A stretch of 34,712 nt of DNA from Octopus bimaculoides (taxonomy: Eukaryota). Made by a program: the position numbers and the translations under genes. Position 1 is the stretch's first letter; every line of letters starts with the position of its first letter. The notes beneath the pieces are model-generated. The model had not been told where the DNA came from. It searched no databases and worked only from the letters and a program-made list of their open reading frames with translations. Of this stretch, positions 34,061 through 34,712 are shown one piece after another. The DNA lies in the NCBI RefSeq assembly GCF_001194135.2, contig NC_068998.1:19018913-19053624 (forward strand). Direction: 5' to 3'.

Positions 34061-34525
34061 AGCGAAATTTTGTCTGTCCGGGACCCCTGCATCTCAGTCT
34101 ACATGAGTTCTACATAGACATATTACACCTTTTTGGAATCAGGATGATCCCGTGATTGAAAATCTGCCCTTCTTGAACACACAGCATTGGGAACTATATT
34201 TAATGAACCAGGTGGAGTATTGCAAAGGAAATTTGAAAATTTGATCTTAAATTCCACAGATTGTAAAAGACTGGCCTAAAACTTAAAATAGCAAAACAGG
34301 TGAGAATAATTTGGGGAAGAATGTTTGAGGTCTTGTATAAGGAATTCGAGGAAATTGGTTAGAAAGGCCGGACGAGATAAAGAGCAAAAAAAGAATAAGA
34401 GATACATGTAGCATAGGAGTAAGAATTCCGCCCAAAGGCCATCAAACATGATATTTGGCAATCAAAACACATCACATATGTAGAAAATGTAAGTAAAGCA
34501 ATGAAACAATAATTATGCATGTATA

Positions 34526-34579
<54 letters not shown>

Positions 34580-34712
34580 TGTGTGTTTGTGTGAGTATTG
34601 CGCCAGAAATAATTATACACGCCAAACACTCATGCATATATACATACACACACATATACATGTACACATACATGTATATTGTATTTTAATTATATATATA
34701 TATACATGTATA

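Overview
AT-rich eukaryotic genomic DNA from a gapped (N-containing) draft assembly. It is dense in (TA)n/(TG)n microsatellites and tRNA-derived SINEs. The repeat families look like those of Octopus; this is pattern recognition from memory, not a database match. Most ORFs in the supplied track are microsatellite, N-gap or antisense artefacts. Manual splice-phase reconstruction gives two genes that the track shows only in fragments. (1) A well-supported plus-strand six-exon gene (21045-33685, 2013 nt, 670 aa) encodes a type I membrane mucin-like protein. It has a signal peptide, two tandem Cys-rich exons, a basic linker ending in a furin-type RIKR site, a long Ser/Thr/Asn-rich stalk, one TM helix and a short tail. 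(2) A tentative minus-strand exon chain (about 13684 to 5847) has a C-terminal part with collinear motif similarity to the STING ligand-binding domain but lacks the canonical ligand contacts. One of its micro-exons sits in the loop of a 36-bp inverted repeat. A CpG-dense, self-complementary island at about 20.4-20.5 kb lies between the two divergent genes. The rest is decayed retroelements (three RTE-type LINE 3' ends, an R4/Dong-like RT-RLE element split by a SINE, a Penelope-like RT fragment), SINEs and simple repeats. No rRNA, bona fide tRNA or CRISPR array was found.
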